Below are positions 1 to 32,894 of a stretch of DNA of 64,000 nt, piece after piece. The stretch is from Macrostomum lignano. Lineage: Eukaryota. Under the pieces are notes generated by a model that saw only the letters and a list, made by a program, of their open reading frames with translations, had not been told where the DNA came from and did no database searches. The translations under genes and the position numbers were made by a program. The first letter of the stretch is position 1. Each line of letters starts with the position of its first letter. Location: NCBI GenBank assembly GCA_002269645.1, contig NIVC01003366.1, positions 248-64,247 of the forward strand, read 5' to 3'.

Positions 1-330
1 CTCCCCAAATCTCCCCGAATCTCCTCGCATCTCCCATGCAGAATCTCCCGAATCTCCCAAAATCTCCGAATCCCCCGAATCTCCCCGAATCCCCTCAAAA
101 CTCCCCAAATCTCCCTGAATCTCCCCGAATCCCTCAAAACTCCCCAAATCTCCCCGAATCTCCCCGAATCCCCTCAAAACTCCCCAAAACTCCCGAATCT
201 CCCCGAATCCCTTAAAACTCCCCAAATCTCCCCGAATCGCTCCGAATCCCCTTAAATCTCCCCGAATCTTTCAGAATTTTCCTAAACCTCCTCAAATCCT
301 CCTGGATGTCACAAATCTCCTAAATCTCTC
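1..330 (+). repeat. Minisatellite, ~10-bp unit ctccccgaat
   Basis: Direct tandem repetition; runs off the left edge of the window. Confidence 0.9.
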
Positions 331-954
331 CCAAAGTTCGTATGGAACGAACCAATGTTTTCCTGAATTAAAAAAAAATCCACAAGTGAAGCTCTTGGGC
401 CACTTCTGCTTTAGTATTATAGCACCGTAGATAAACTAATAAATCTGACACTAGTAAATTTGTCTAAAGAACCAGTTAAAATGCAAATTGTTAATTCATT
501 ATTCGTATAAATTTAACATACTTTTGTTATTGTTGTGATCGAGCACCGCTATACTCTCGTTGTAAATATAACGAAAACTCCTACGATCCTATAATCAGAT
601 TTTAAATCTGAACCTACAAGGAACTTTTGGTTCCTCCGATTCAGCGCCAAAGTCCCCCCCCCCCAACTGCAGAGGCCAAAGCTTCTGACCCAAATCTAAA
701 AAGCAAATTTGCCGCTACTAAACAAAAATGATACATGTGGCGAGAATCGCGGATCAATGCAGTGCATGCATCCAAATTCCAGGATTAAATATAGAATCTT
801 AAGAAAGGGCAAACTCTCCCTCTCACTCCCCAAATCCTCATGAGGGATTTCCGAAAAAATCCTCACAATTTTCCTCCTTAGAATGCAAATTTCTCTTCAT
901 AATGCCCCCCCCCAATCGCCTGGGGGGTGGGGTTGGGCGCGGCGGGTACCAAAA

Positions 955-1685
955 ACTGAGTGCCTGCGGCGCTAACATGAGTGCCTGCGGCGCCAAAATG
1001 AGTGCCTGCGGCGCCAAAATGAGTGTGCCTGCGGCGCCAAAATGAGTGCCTGCAGCGCCATAATGAGTGTGCCTGCGGCGCCAAAATGAGTGCCTGCGGC
1101 GCTAAAATGAGTGCCTGCAGCGCCAAAATGTGTGCCTGCGGCGCCATAATGAGTGTGCCTGCGGCGCCAAAATGAGTGCCTGCAGCGCCATAATGAGTGT
1201 GCCTGCGGCGCCAAAATGAGTGCCTGCGGTGCTAAAATGAGTGCCTGCAGCGCCAAAATGTGTGCCTGCGGCGCCATAATGAGTGTGCCTGCGGCGCCAA
1301 AATGAGTGCCTGCGGCGCCAAAATGAGTGCCTGCAGCGCCAAAATGTGTGCCTGCGGCGCCATAATGAGTGTGCCTGCGGCGCCAAAATGAGTGCCTGCG
1401 GCGCCAAAATGAGTGCCTGCAGCGCCAAAATGAGTGTCTGCGGTGCCAAAATGAGTGCCTGCGGCGCCAAAATGAGTGCCTGCAGCGCCATAATGAGTGT
1501 GCCTTCGGCGCCAAAATGAGTGCCTGCGGCGCTAAAATGAGTGCCTGCAGCGCCAAAATGTGTGCCTGCGGCGCCAAAATGAGTGCCTGCGGCGCCAAAA
1601 TGAGTGCCTGCGGCGCCAAAATGAGTGCCTGCGGCGCCAAAATGAGTGCCTGCGGCGCCAAAATGAGTGCCTGCGGCGCCAAAAG
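955..1685 (+). repeat. Minisatellite, 21-bp unit gagtgcctgcggcgccaaaat (some 23-bp variants)
   Basis: Tandem copies; source of ORFs 878-1769. Confidence 0.95.
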
Positions 1686-2330
1686 TGGCAATGGCATAAG
1701 GCATGGTCAGCCAGGCCAACCCGGCCCCTCCAATTGAAATTCCTGGCTACGCCACTGAAGGACCACTAGAAGTTACTTCTAGTGGTCCTTGCGCCACTGA
1801 TGCCCGCGGATGCCAGTCGAAAATATTCAGATTTACCATTTTTTCAACTTCGATACGAGAACTGAGCATAAAACTTTCCTAGCCGAGAATTTTAATTTCT
1901 ATCACGAAGATTTGCTACTACAGTTCTGGCAAAGGATACAAATACAAACTCATCCTTGATTTTCATAGCCTCTGAACGGTTTTAAATTTATTGCAGTCTA
2001 TCAATATTTTATCTGTCTGGGGCCCTCCTTCGATAAAATTTATGAATTCGCCGAGATTCAACTAAAAAAATAAAGCAGATATTTTGAAGAACTGTGAAAT
2101 TTTAAACTTTTACTTTTCTCTAATTTCAGAGGCTTGGAAATTTCCATTTTGGGTAGACACTTTTTAAAAAGATTTCTAAGAAATTTCAACATTTCTTTCG
2201 ATACATATCGTTGTTTCATTATAGCTCGTATGAGGCCCACCACATCAGTTGAATTTATAGCTCGTATAACAAAATCAAATTAGTGCATAATAACAAAGTG
2301 CCGCAAAAAAGGCGACAGTTGACCCGCACC

Positions 2331-2820
<490 letters not shown>

Positions 2821-3266
2821 CGGACACATTCAATAAATGTAAGAATTTTCGTTTAAATTTTTGCCCGCAGATCAAAGGCCAACTGCAAGGTAAAAACCTT
2901 TATTATAAACTTCATAAAATGCAAGTTTGTTAGCAAATACTGTATACATGACAGGCTCCGTTTTAAATGAAAAAAGAGTTTAACGATTTTCAATTAATTG
3001 CATGACAACAAACTTTTTTTCTTCAGAAAATCACGTTAAAACAAATGCAATTTCATTTGAAAACAGACGAAAAATGCTTTAAATGAAAAAAGGAATTTTG
3101 ATTTTACGTATTGCAGCTCTATAAATGAAAAAAGGAATTTTGATTTTACGTATTGCAGCTCGCCACATGCAGCTGGCATGGGAGTTTGAATGAGTTTTGG
3201 CACCTCAGAATATGGGATTTTTTGCGTTTATATTTGACTCGCTACCGGTAGACACTATTTTAAGTA

Positions 3267-24231
<20,965 letters not shown>

Positions 24232-26299
24232 TTTTATCTATTTGGCTCTATTTATTTTTTATTTCCTTTTTAGCGGCAATAACTGTAATTTTGGCTGGAA
24301 TATAGTTAATGATAAATACAATTTTTTTTATCAATGTCTTTTAACTATTGTAAATGGTTTAACTATTTTGAACAATTAAAACGTTTAATCAGTAAAAACA
24401 AAATGTACAATTTTAAACCTCAACGGTCATTGTTGCAAAAATCGTATTCAAATCAACAGCTATATTATGTTTGATTGAAGATTTCTCTCATGGTTTATAA
24501 TCTTTAGAGTTAAGGTAGCACTTTGTTTTTAGAGTTTGTTTTTATAGATAAATATATCAAATTAATGTATAGATTTTTGTACTGTACTGTTGTTAGTTAA
24601 ATTATTTATAAATTTATATTAGAACAAAACCTTATAAAATTCAAGCATATTGCGAAATAAAAAGATCGATAAATAATAAAATATATTGCAAATGCAACTG
24701 ATTTCTCAACCACATTAGGTGCTTGTAAAACTAACAAAGATATGACCTAGACTACTGAAAAAGTATCAACAAAAACCTTACGTAACACTTCGAAGATATC
24801 TTATAGCGACTAACTGAGCATTATTATCGCTCAGAATTTTGGTTTTTGGTCTGTTAAAATATGCTAGAAAAATGCAGACGCCCAGACGGTGAGACGGCCA
24901 GTAGTGCTCTTTGTAAATTTTCAGTAGAAATTTGCTGATACCTATGATACATGGATACCTACGCAAATAGATAAGAACAATCAATTTTTAATATATGGTA
25001 TGGACTTTAACAGCGTTTGTACTGTATTGTATATAAAACTAAAAGCTTATAAATAAATCTAGGCTAGTTTGACTAAAACTGCCGATAATCAGTCAAATCA
25101 AATAAAGAATTTGCCTAGAGGCAATGAGAACAACGGGTTAAAACAAAATTGTAATTTTATTAAAACATAATTGCATAAATGTGTATGGACATTATTAATT
25201 TAGAATTAAGATAAATACTTGTTGCAGTTAATAAGAAATTAAACATTATCTTACATATTTTATTATACGCTTCACTTTCAAATTAAAGCGACCTTAGAGC
25301 TTTCAAGGGCAGTAAGATGAATTTTTAAACTGAGAATCTTATAAAATCTGATAACCTAATCTATAATTATGTGAAAGCCGTCATTAATATCAGAATATTA
25401 GACACGTTAGATTTACAATACATGTATGCACAGGTAGAGTGCAAATTTTTAATTTAGTGCAGAAAAACGGTACGTGTACGGTAAAGTCATAGACTGTGCT
25501 TTTTGTGTTTCAACCAGTTATGTGTATTGTTTCAGCAGGCTATAAATCTCTATTGTTCAAATTATGGCATGTGCAGAGCCCTTTAATTCTTGATACATTC
25601 ACATATTACGTTGAAGGCAGTAAAAATCAGCTTTTTGTTTTGTTGCATTCACTATCTAGAATAAGTACATGTCAGTAGAATCCAGGGCTTCTCTAAGATC
25701 GACAGATTTGTATTCGGTATGTATGGGTAAGCGAGGAAGTTTTTTTAACTGTCACGCTGCCGGCACCGCGAGAAGTTGCAATTACAATTAATAACTAAAA
25801 TGAACATTTGGAGCAGGGCCTCTTAAAGTATAATTTTTCATATTTACTTGCACTATATCCATTTAAAATACGCTTGTACATGTATTCAGTAGCTACATCT
25901 GAAAAACTGCATAATTTTTTTCGTTTTTGGGATTTCCGTTGGCGTTGACCAATCATTTTTTGCAACAGCAAAAAGACCAATGACAAGTGTGTATTTTGAA
26001 CGGACTGTTTTGTGCCATGCATTTGTATGTGAAGAATAACTTCTCTAGCAAAACTGCTGGGTTCAACCGTTGTGCAACAAAATTCGAAACAATTGTGTTA
26101 GAGAACTAAATATAAAGCTGGAAACGCTGGTACCATTTGGCATCTTAAAAATTCTACAAAAAACCTACAAAATTCATTAAAACAATAATTGCACGAGAAG
26201 AATATGGTAAGTTTTGTTCTTTCGTACTCGCCTAATACATCTACTAATTTCGTTTAATCTTGTAAAATTCATTGTCTATGAACACAGGTAGATAAAGAC

Positions 26300-26905
26300 A
26301 CTTTAAACTCATGTGGAGACTCTTAAGACTCATACAGAGACACTTGAGACCCATATGGAGACACTGTGACTCATAAGGAGACACTGAGACTCACATGGAT
26401 CGAGACACTTGAGACTCATATGGAGACACTTGAGAACCATGGAGACACTGAGAGACTCATATGGAGACACTGAGAGACTCATATGGAGACACTTGAGACT
26501 CATATGAAGACACTGAGAGACTCATATGGAGACACTTGAGACTCATATGGAGACGCTGAGATTCATATGGCAGACACTGAGAGACTCATATGGAGATACT
26601 GAGAGACTCCTATGGAGACCCTGAGAGATTCATATGGAGACACTTGAGACTCATATGGAGACGCTGAGAGACTCACATGGAGACACTTAAGACTCATATG
26701 AAGACACTGAGATTCATATGGCAGACACTGAGAGACTCATATGGAGATACTGAGAGACTCCTATGGAGACCCTGAGAGATTCATATGGAGACACTTGAGA
26801 CTCATATAGAGACACTGAGGCTCATATCGAGACACTGAGATTCATATGGAGGCACTGAGAGACTCGTATGGAGACACTGAGATTCATATGGAGACATTGA
26901 GACAC
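26300..26905 (+). repeat. ~20-23-bp minisatellite gagactcatatggagacact
   Basis: Degenerate tandem copies. Confidence 0.88.
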
Positions 26906-27154
26906 TGGAGAACTTCTTGAGTCCAATTCAATCCTACATATGTTAAATTACATGGTACTAAAGCAAATCTATTATCTCTTTATTAACTTGGCCTGCATGC
27001 ATGTACAACTGTCGATCAGACTTCCAAAGCATCTACGACAGCAAGCGCTGGCAAGGACGGCAGCAAGCGGCCGGTAGCCAGTCTGCTCCAAGCCCACCAA
27101 GTGGCCAGTCTTGTTGCGGACCCTCTCGGCCCGTTGAAAGCCGAAGCCGCCGCC

Positions 27155-27658
27155 ATGGCCGCCTCAGTGTCCGCTCCCATTGGCGACCCGTCGCAGGAGG
27201 ACAGCAAAGGCGACAGTCTCTGCTCTCGCTGCCTATTCGTTTTCAGCCTGCTTCTAATAGCCATGGCCTTTCCATTCTCCTTGATTTTCTGTCTCCGCGT
27301 GGTGACAGACTACGAGAGGGCGGTAGTGTTTCGCTTAGGCCGCGTGCTCGGTCAAGACGGCAAGGGTCCCGGGCTGTTCTTCGTGGTGCCCTGCTGCGAT
27401 CTGGTGCGAAAAGTCGACCTGCGCACCGTGACGTTCGACGTGCCACCACAGGAGGTGCTCACGAAGGACTCCGTGACGGTGGCAGTCGATGCCGTGGTGT
27501 TCTATCGGATCTTCAGTCCGGTAGTGAGCGTCACCAATGTTGAGGACGCCGACCGATCAACCCGGCTGCTGGCTCAGACAACGCTGAGAAACGTTCTGGG
27601 AACAAAGAATCTGTCGGAGATCCTGTCCGAGCGAGAGGGCATCAGCGGCATGATGCAG
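27155..27658 (+). CDS. STOM: Stomatin / band-7 (SPFH) protein, exon 1
   Basis: Motifs YERAVVFRLGR, GPGLFFVVPCCD, DLRTVTFDVPPQEVLTKDSVTVAVDAVV, LLAQTTLRNVLG; gccgccgccATGG Kozak at 27155; donor CAG|gtcggc. The frame is open upstream, so an N-terminal extension is possible. Confidence 0.92.
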
Positions 27659-27704
27659 GTCGGCTGGTGACTTCTGGGCTAGTGGCTTTCTTAGAAATTT
27701 GATG

Positions 27705-29365
27705 ACGCACCAAATCTGTTAATGTGGCACCAACCTGTGAATGTGGCACCAAATCTGTTAATGTGGCACCAACCTGTGAATGTGGCACCAAATCTGTTAA
27801 TGTGGCACCAAATCTGTTAATGTGGCACCAACCTGTGAATGTAGCTCCAAACCTGTAAATCTTAACACAAAATCTGTGAATGTGGCATCAAATCTGTGAA
27901 TGCTGCGCCATATCTGTGAATGTTGCACAAAATCTGTGAATGTAGCATCAAATCTGTGAATGTGGCACCAAATCTGTTAATGTGGCACCAAATCTATGAA
28001 TGTGGCATCAAATCTGTGAATGTGGCACTAAATCTGTGAGTTTGGCATCAAATCTGTGAGTGTGGCACCAAATCTGTTAATGTGGCACCAACCTGTGAAT
28101 GTAGCTCCAAACCTGTAAATCTTAACACAAAATCTGTGAATGTGGCATCAAATCTGTGAATGCTGGCCATATCTGTGAATGTTGCACAAAATCTGTGAAT
28201 GTAGCATCAAATCTGTGAATGTGGCACCAAATCTGTTAATGTGGCACTAAATCTATGAATGTGGCATCAAATCTGTAAATTTGGCACTAAATCTGTGAGT
28301 TTGGCATCAAATCTGTGAGTGTGGCACCAAATCTGTTAATGTGGCACCAACCTGTTAATGTGGCACCAACCTGTGAATGTGGCACCAAATCTGTTAATGT
28401 GGCACCAAATCTGTTAATGTGGCACCAACCTGTGAATGTAGCTCCAAACCTGTAAATCTTAACACAAAATCTGTGAATGTGGCATCAAATCTGTGAATGC
28501 TGCGCCATATCTGTGAATGTTGCACAAAATCTGTGAATGTAGCATCAAATCTGTGAATGTGGCACCAAATCTGTTAATGTGGCACCAAATCTATGAATGT
28601 GGCATCAAATCTGTGAATGCTGCGCCATATCTGTGAATGTTGCACAAAATCTGTGAATGTAGCATCAAATCTGTGAATGTGGCACCAAATCTGTTAATGT
28701 GGCACCAAATCTATGAATGTGGCATCAAATCTGTGAATGTGGCACTAAATCTGTGAGTTTGGCATCAAATATGTGAGTGTGGCACCAAATCTGTTAATGT
28801 GGCACCAACCTGTGAATGTAGCTCCAAACCTGTAAATCTTAACACAAAATCTGTGAATGTGGCATCAAATCTGTGAATGCTGGCCATATCTGTGAATGTT
28901 GCACAAAATCTGTGAATGTAGCATCAAATCTGTGAATGTGGCACCAAATCTGTTAATGTGGCACTAAATCTATGAATGTGGCATCAAATCTGTAAATTTG
29001 GCACTAAATCTGTGAGTTTGGCATCAAATCTGTGAGTGTGGCACCAAATCTGTTAATGTGGCACCAACCTGTGAATGTGGCACCAAATCTGTTAATGTGG
29101 CACCAAATCTGTTAATGTGGCACCAACCTGTGAATGTGGCACTAAATCTGTGAATGTGGCACCAAATCTGTGAATGTAGATCAAATCTGTGAATGTAGCG
29201 CCGAATCTGTGAATGTAGCGCCAAATCTGTGAATGTAGCGCTAAATCTGTGAATGTGGCATCAAATCTGTGAATGTGGCATCCTAAATCTGTGAATGTGG
29301 CACCAAATCTGTGAATGTAGCGCCAAATCTGTGAACTTGGCATTCAATCTGTAAATTTGGCACCA
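27705..29365 (+). repeat. 20-bp minisatellite aaatctgtgaatgtggcacc filling the stomatin intron
   Basis: Tandem copies with recurring variant blocks. Confidence 0.95.
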
Positions 29366-29397
29366 GATTTATTACAAAATTCATCCCTGCAATCCAG

Positions 29398-29766
29398 GAG
29401 TGCCTCGACCTGGCCACGGACCCGTGGGGCGTCAAGGTGGAGCGGGTGGAGATCAAGGATGTCCGCCTGCCAGTCGTGCTGCAGCGCGCGATGGCGGCCG
29501 AAGCGGAAGCGGCCAGGGAGGCGCGGGCGAAGGTGATCATGGCCGAGGGTGAGCAGCGAGCGTCCAAGGCTCTGCGCGATGCGGCAGCCGTGATTGAGCA
29601 GTCGCCGTTTGCTCTGCAGCTGCGGTATCTGCAGACTCTGAGCGCCATCTCTGCCGAGAAGAACTCAACCATCATTTTCCCGCTGCCAATGGAGGTTCTG
29701 GCTCACTTTGGCAGCGGTGGAGGCGTCTGCGGCGGTGCCCAAAAAACCGTCGAGAAGAAAGAGTGA
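29398..29766 (+). CDS. STOM: Stomatin / band-7 (SPFH) protein, exon 2
   Basis: aatccag|GAG phase-0 acceptor; LDLATDPWGVKVERVEIKDVRLP, QRAMAAEAEAAREARAKV, ALQLRYLQTL, EKNSTIIFPLP; TGA at 29764-29766. Confidence 0.92.
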   Translation, partial: ECLDLATDPWGVKVERVEIKDVRLPVVLQRAMAAEAEAAREARAKVIMAEGEQRASKALRDAAAVIEQSPFALQLRYLQTLSAISAEKNSTIIFPLPMEVLAHFGSGGGVCGGAQKTVEKKE

Positions 29767-29944
29767 GCTCAGCGAAACTGTACGGGTCTTGTGGTGACAG
29801 AAGCGGGACTGGAGCTGCAAACTTTGATTTTATTTTGTGAACCAATTGCGAATAAAGTCCGAAAATGGGCGCTCGATTATTGCGATCCAGAATATTTTTA
29901 TTGTCGATGTCAATTTGGTTTTAATATTGAAACATGTGTTGATG

Positions 29945-30180
29945 GTGAAGTGTGGGGAATGTGAAGTGTGGGGAATGTGAAGTGTGGGGAATGTGAAGTG
30001 TGGGGAATGTGAAGTGTGGGGAATGTGAAGTGTGGGGAATGTGAAGTGTGGGGAATGTGAAGTGTGGGGAATGTGAAGTGTGGGGAATGTGAAGTGTGAG
30101 GAATGTGAAGTCCGGGGAATATGAATTGTGGGGAATGTGAAGTGTGGTAAATGTGAAGTGGGGGGAATGTGAAGTCCGGG
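29945..30180 (+). repeat. 16-bp minisatellite gtggggaatgtgaagt
   Basis: Tandem copies. Confidence 0.93.
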
Positions 30181-32317
30181 GAAATTTAAAAAATATCCAC
30201 AGACAAAGCTAAATTTCACTATTAGTCGAACACAGAAACCTTTTATTTATTTCTAACAGCACTCTGCACTGGAATCTAATGACTTTTGATTGTGTACAGC
30301 AGAGGTTTGCAAGTACTGATAAATGTACTATAAGCTGTATGTCTGGTATTCGTAAATTTTTAAACCAAATAAACACCCACTTACGAGCTAAATTAGAATT
30401 CTGTACTGTAATGCTTTTGATGCTTTATTGAAGAATACTATTTTAGTGATAGCTCTACTAAAGAATCACCTGTCTTTTGCAGACGGCGGTGCGAAACGAA
30501 ATATTTTTTGTTTTCGCATTAATTAAATATATAAATCCAGCTCACACACAGGCATCTACATGTATCTGCATGTAGGAGAGTACATGTATCTCTATTGCGT
30601 AAAGAGTAATGCCTATTTTTCATAGTATATTGACCATTGCTGAGATGCCAATGGTCAATTGGGAGTTGTTGGTTGGCCAAGAAACAAAGGGAGAGTGAGG
30701 GGTAAATAAAGGCTTTGGTTATCTTAGCTTAAGAAACAAACAATGTTTCTTGAATGTGTAGAAGGTCAACAGTCACGTGTAGTTCATTCGTTCTTTTATT
30801 CCTTTCTTTATTGTCTCCCCAATGGGGGCGCAGATTGCTAGTCCACTATACTAAAAAAGATTTTTGGATATCTTCTTATCGAATCTTACTAATTACTTAG
30901 TAATTTTTGTTGTAACTTGCTCCTATGATATTCCGTCTACCTTTTTGTCACGTAACTTCACTTTCAATTATAGTGATATAATTCTAAGTAAGTTAATTGG
31001 CTGCACTGAACCCAAGGTTAATTAGCACCTGGTCCGTAATTACTCGTAAATGTATTGTAATTAATCAACTTAACGCAAGATACACGTAGCTTTGGAATTT
31101 TACGACTTAACGAATCAGTTGAGTTTGTACAATTATTTTGTTTGAGAAATTTGCAACACAGTGAAGGGAGTGCTTTCATTGTGCACTTCTCTTCTCTAGA
31201 AAAATCGATTAAAAGGCTAGGCAGCTATGCTTTCTCCACCAAAACCATTTGATCGGCGAAAAATTTTAAAATGAGCTTTTTTGCTTTAATTAGGGCTCTC
31301 AGTTTAAAAAGCCAAACGTTGAAATGCTGTGTAACTTAGTCAGACAAATATTGAACGCGGAGCGCTCAAGTAGACTTGAGCACACTAAAGTTTTGAGTAG
31401 CAAAGATACATGCAGCGATGGCATTTTGGCAAAACAAAATTTCAGTAATTCAGCCAGGAAGTTGGACCAGTGTGCAACGAAGCGGGTGTTAGGGTTCCCG
31501 CAGTCTGCTGGTGCACGCTAGGGCGCCGAGTCCTGGCGGTTTATGGTGCACTTCCGGATGAGCAGAGACCGGAGCAGTTGCTAATTGGAGCAATTATTCT
31601 CCAAGCTACAAAAGAGACAGTCAATATTCACTCAGGATGATGGGGTAGAAACCCATAACACTTTGTGGGCATTGTGGTGAGTTAGCGTGCAATATAGTTC
31701 CTCCAATATGCTCGTAAATGTATTGGCAGCCAAGGCACATCCGCATACATGTATGCGAATTATGGTTTTTTTTAATTTGACAGCATATGCCAGGCTGGGA
31801 AAAAGCAAGCATATAGGTAAAGCATAAACATGCATGTATTTCCTACCGATAAGCAGGGCCGGCGTATGACATAGTGTATGAATCTACATTCGAATTGCCC
31901 ACGGAAAAACAGACTGCTATTATGACAAATGAAGTAACAAAAATTTCAGCTTAAAAACAGAGATTTCCCATTAGTTATGATGACTCGCATTGGTTAATTT
32001 TGCTTTTATTAATTTAAAGCTTTCAAATGAGAGAGTGTTTAATGTTTCGCCACTTGGTATTGGAATCATGCCAGCCGCCTGCTGGGCTGGCGACTGCGGG
32101 GTCACGTGATGTGACAGCGGAATTTCCGCAGGCCGCTCCAGCGGCTGCCAGGGCTTTGTGGCAGGACCTAGTGCGATTTTAGCTCATCATCGGGGTACAC
32201 TACTGTGCCATTTAAATAAGTAGTGCACGAAAATTTTAAGCATCCAGAAAGTTTTATTTGACAAATATCTAATAACAAATGGATAAACATCTGATACATG
32301 TAGTTAAAAGAAATTTC

Positions 32318-32319
32318 TT

Positions 32320-32388
<69 letters not shown>

Positions 32389-32390
32389 GT
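32318..32390 (+). repeat. (TCTG)n microsatellite
   Basis: Direct repetition. Confidence 0.92.
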
Positions 32391-32480
32391 GTCTCAAAGA
32401 TGCAAAAGTGTGTCTCAGGAATGCTACAGTGTATCTCTATAAGTTCTGCGTCGTATAAAGCTGATGGGGTCTGGTGTCAC

Positions 32481-32815
32481 CTCTGCCGATTCGTCCAACG
32501 AATCGCAGGTCAGCGTATCGAGCCACCTAAGACTCCATCCAGGTCGCGTGATTCCTCAGCTTAGCGGAGCTGTCAATCTCATTCCCGGTGCTCAGAGTCA
32601 CCCTGGTACCGTCTGGCACGGACCCGAGGGCGAAAACTTTAAAATTCGTTCGGTAATTTTATGTTCAAACGCCAATGTCAGGGCAGAGCGGTGCAGATGA
32701 AGCTGGGATTGCCAGTTCTAACAAATCCGCATGAAGTTTTGAATTCGCAGCTCAACTGGTCATTTCTACTCTCGTAAAAATCAGCCAATTCAGCTGATTC
32801 AGCAGAATGGAAAAC
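32481..32815 (-). pseudogene. RUNX: Runt-domain (RUNX) pseudo-exon with two in-frame stops and a +1 frameshift
   Basis: Conceptual translation [80 protein letters not shown] aligns by eye with the Runt domain. TGA at 32680-32678, TAG at 32529-32527, extra T at 32641-32644; donor G|gtgaca at the conserved GRSGRG|KSF intron position. Confidence 0.85.
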
Positions 32816-32894
32816 TTGGATTGAAACAACTTTGAATAATTTTAAAAATGGGATCTTTGAAACAAATCACAAGGATTATCAAGAATAAAAAACG

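Noticed and set aside
32527-32680. Idea that the RUNX stops are repaired by A-to-I editing or readthrough
   Set aside because: Editing would give Trp rather than the conserved Gln/Ser-Thr, and a frameshift is also present.
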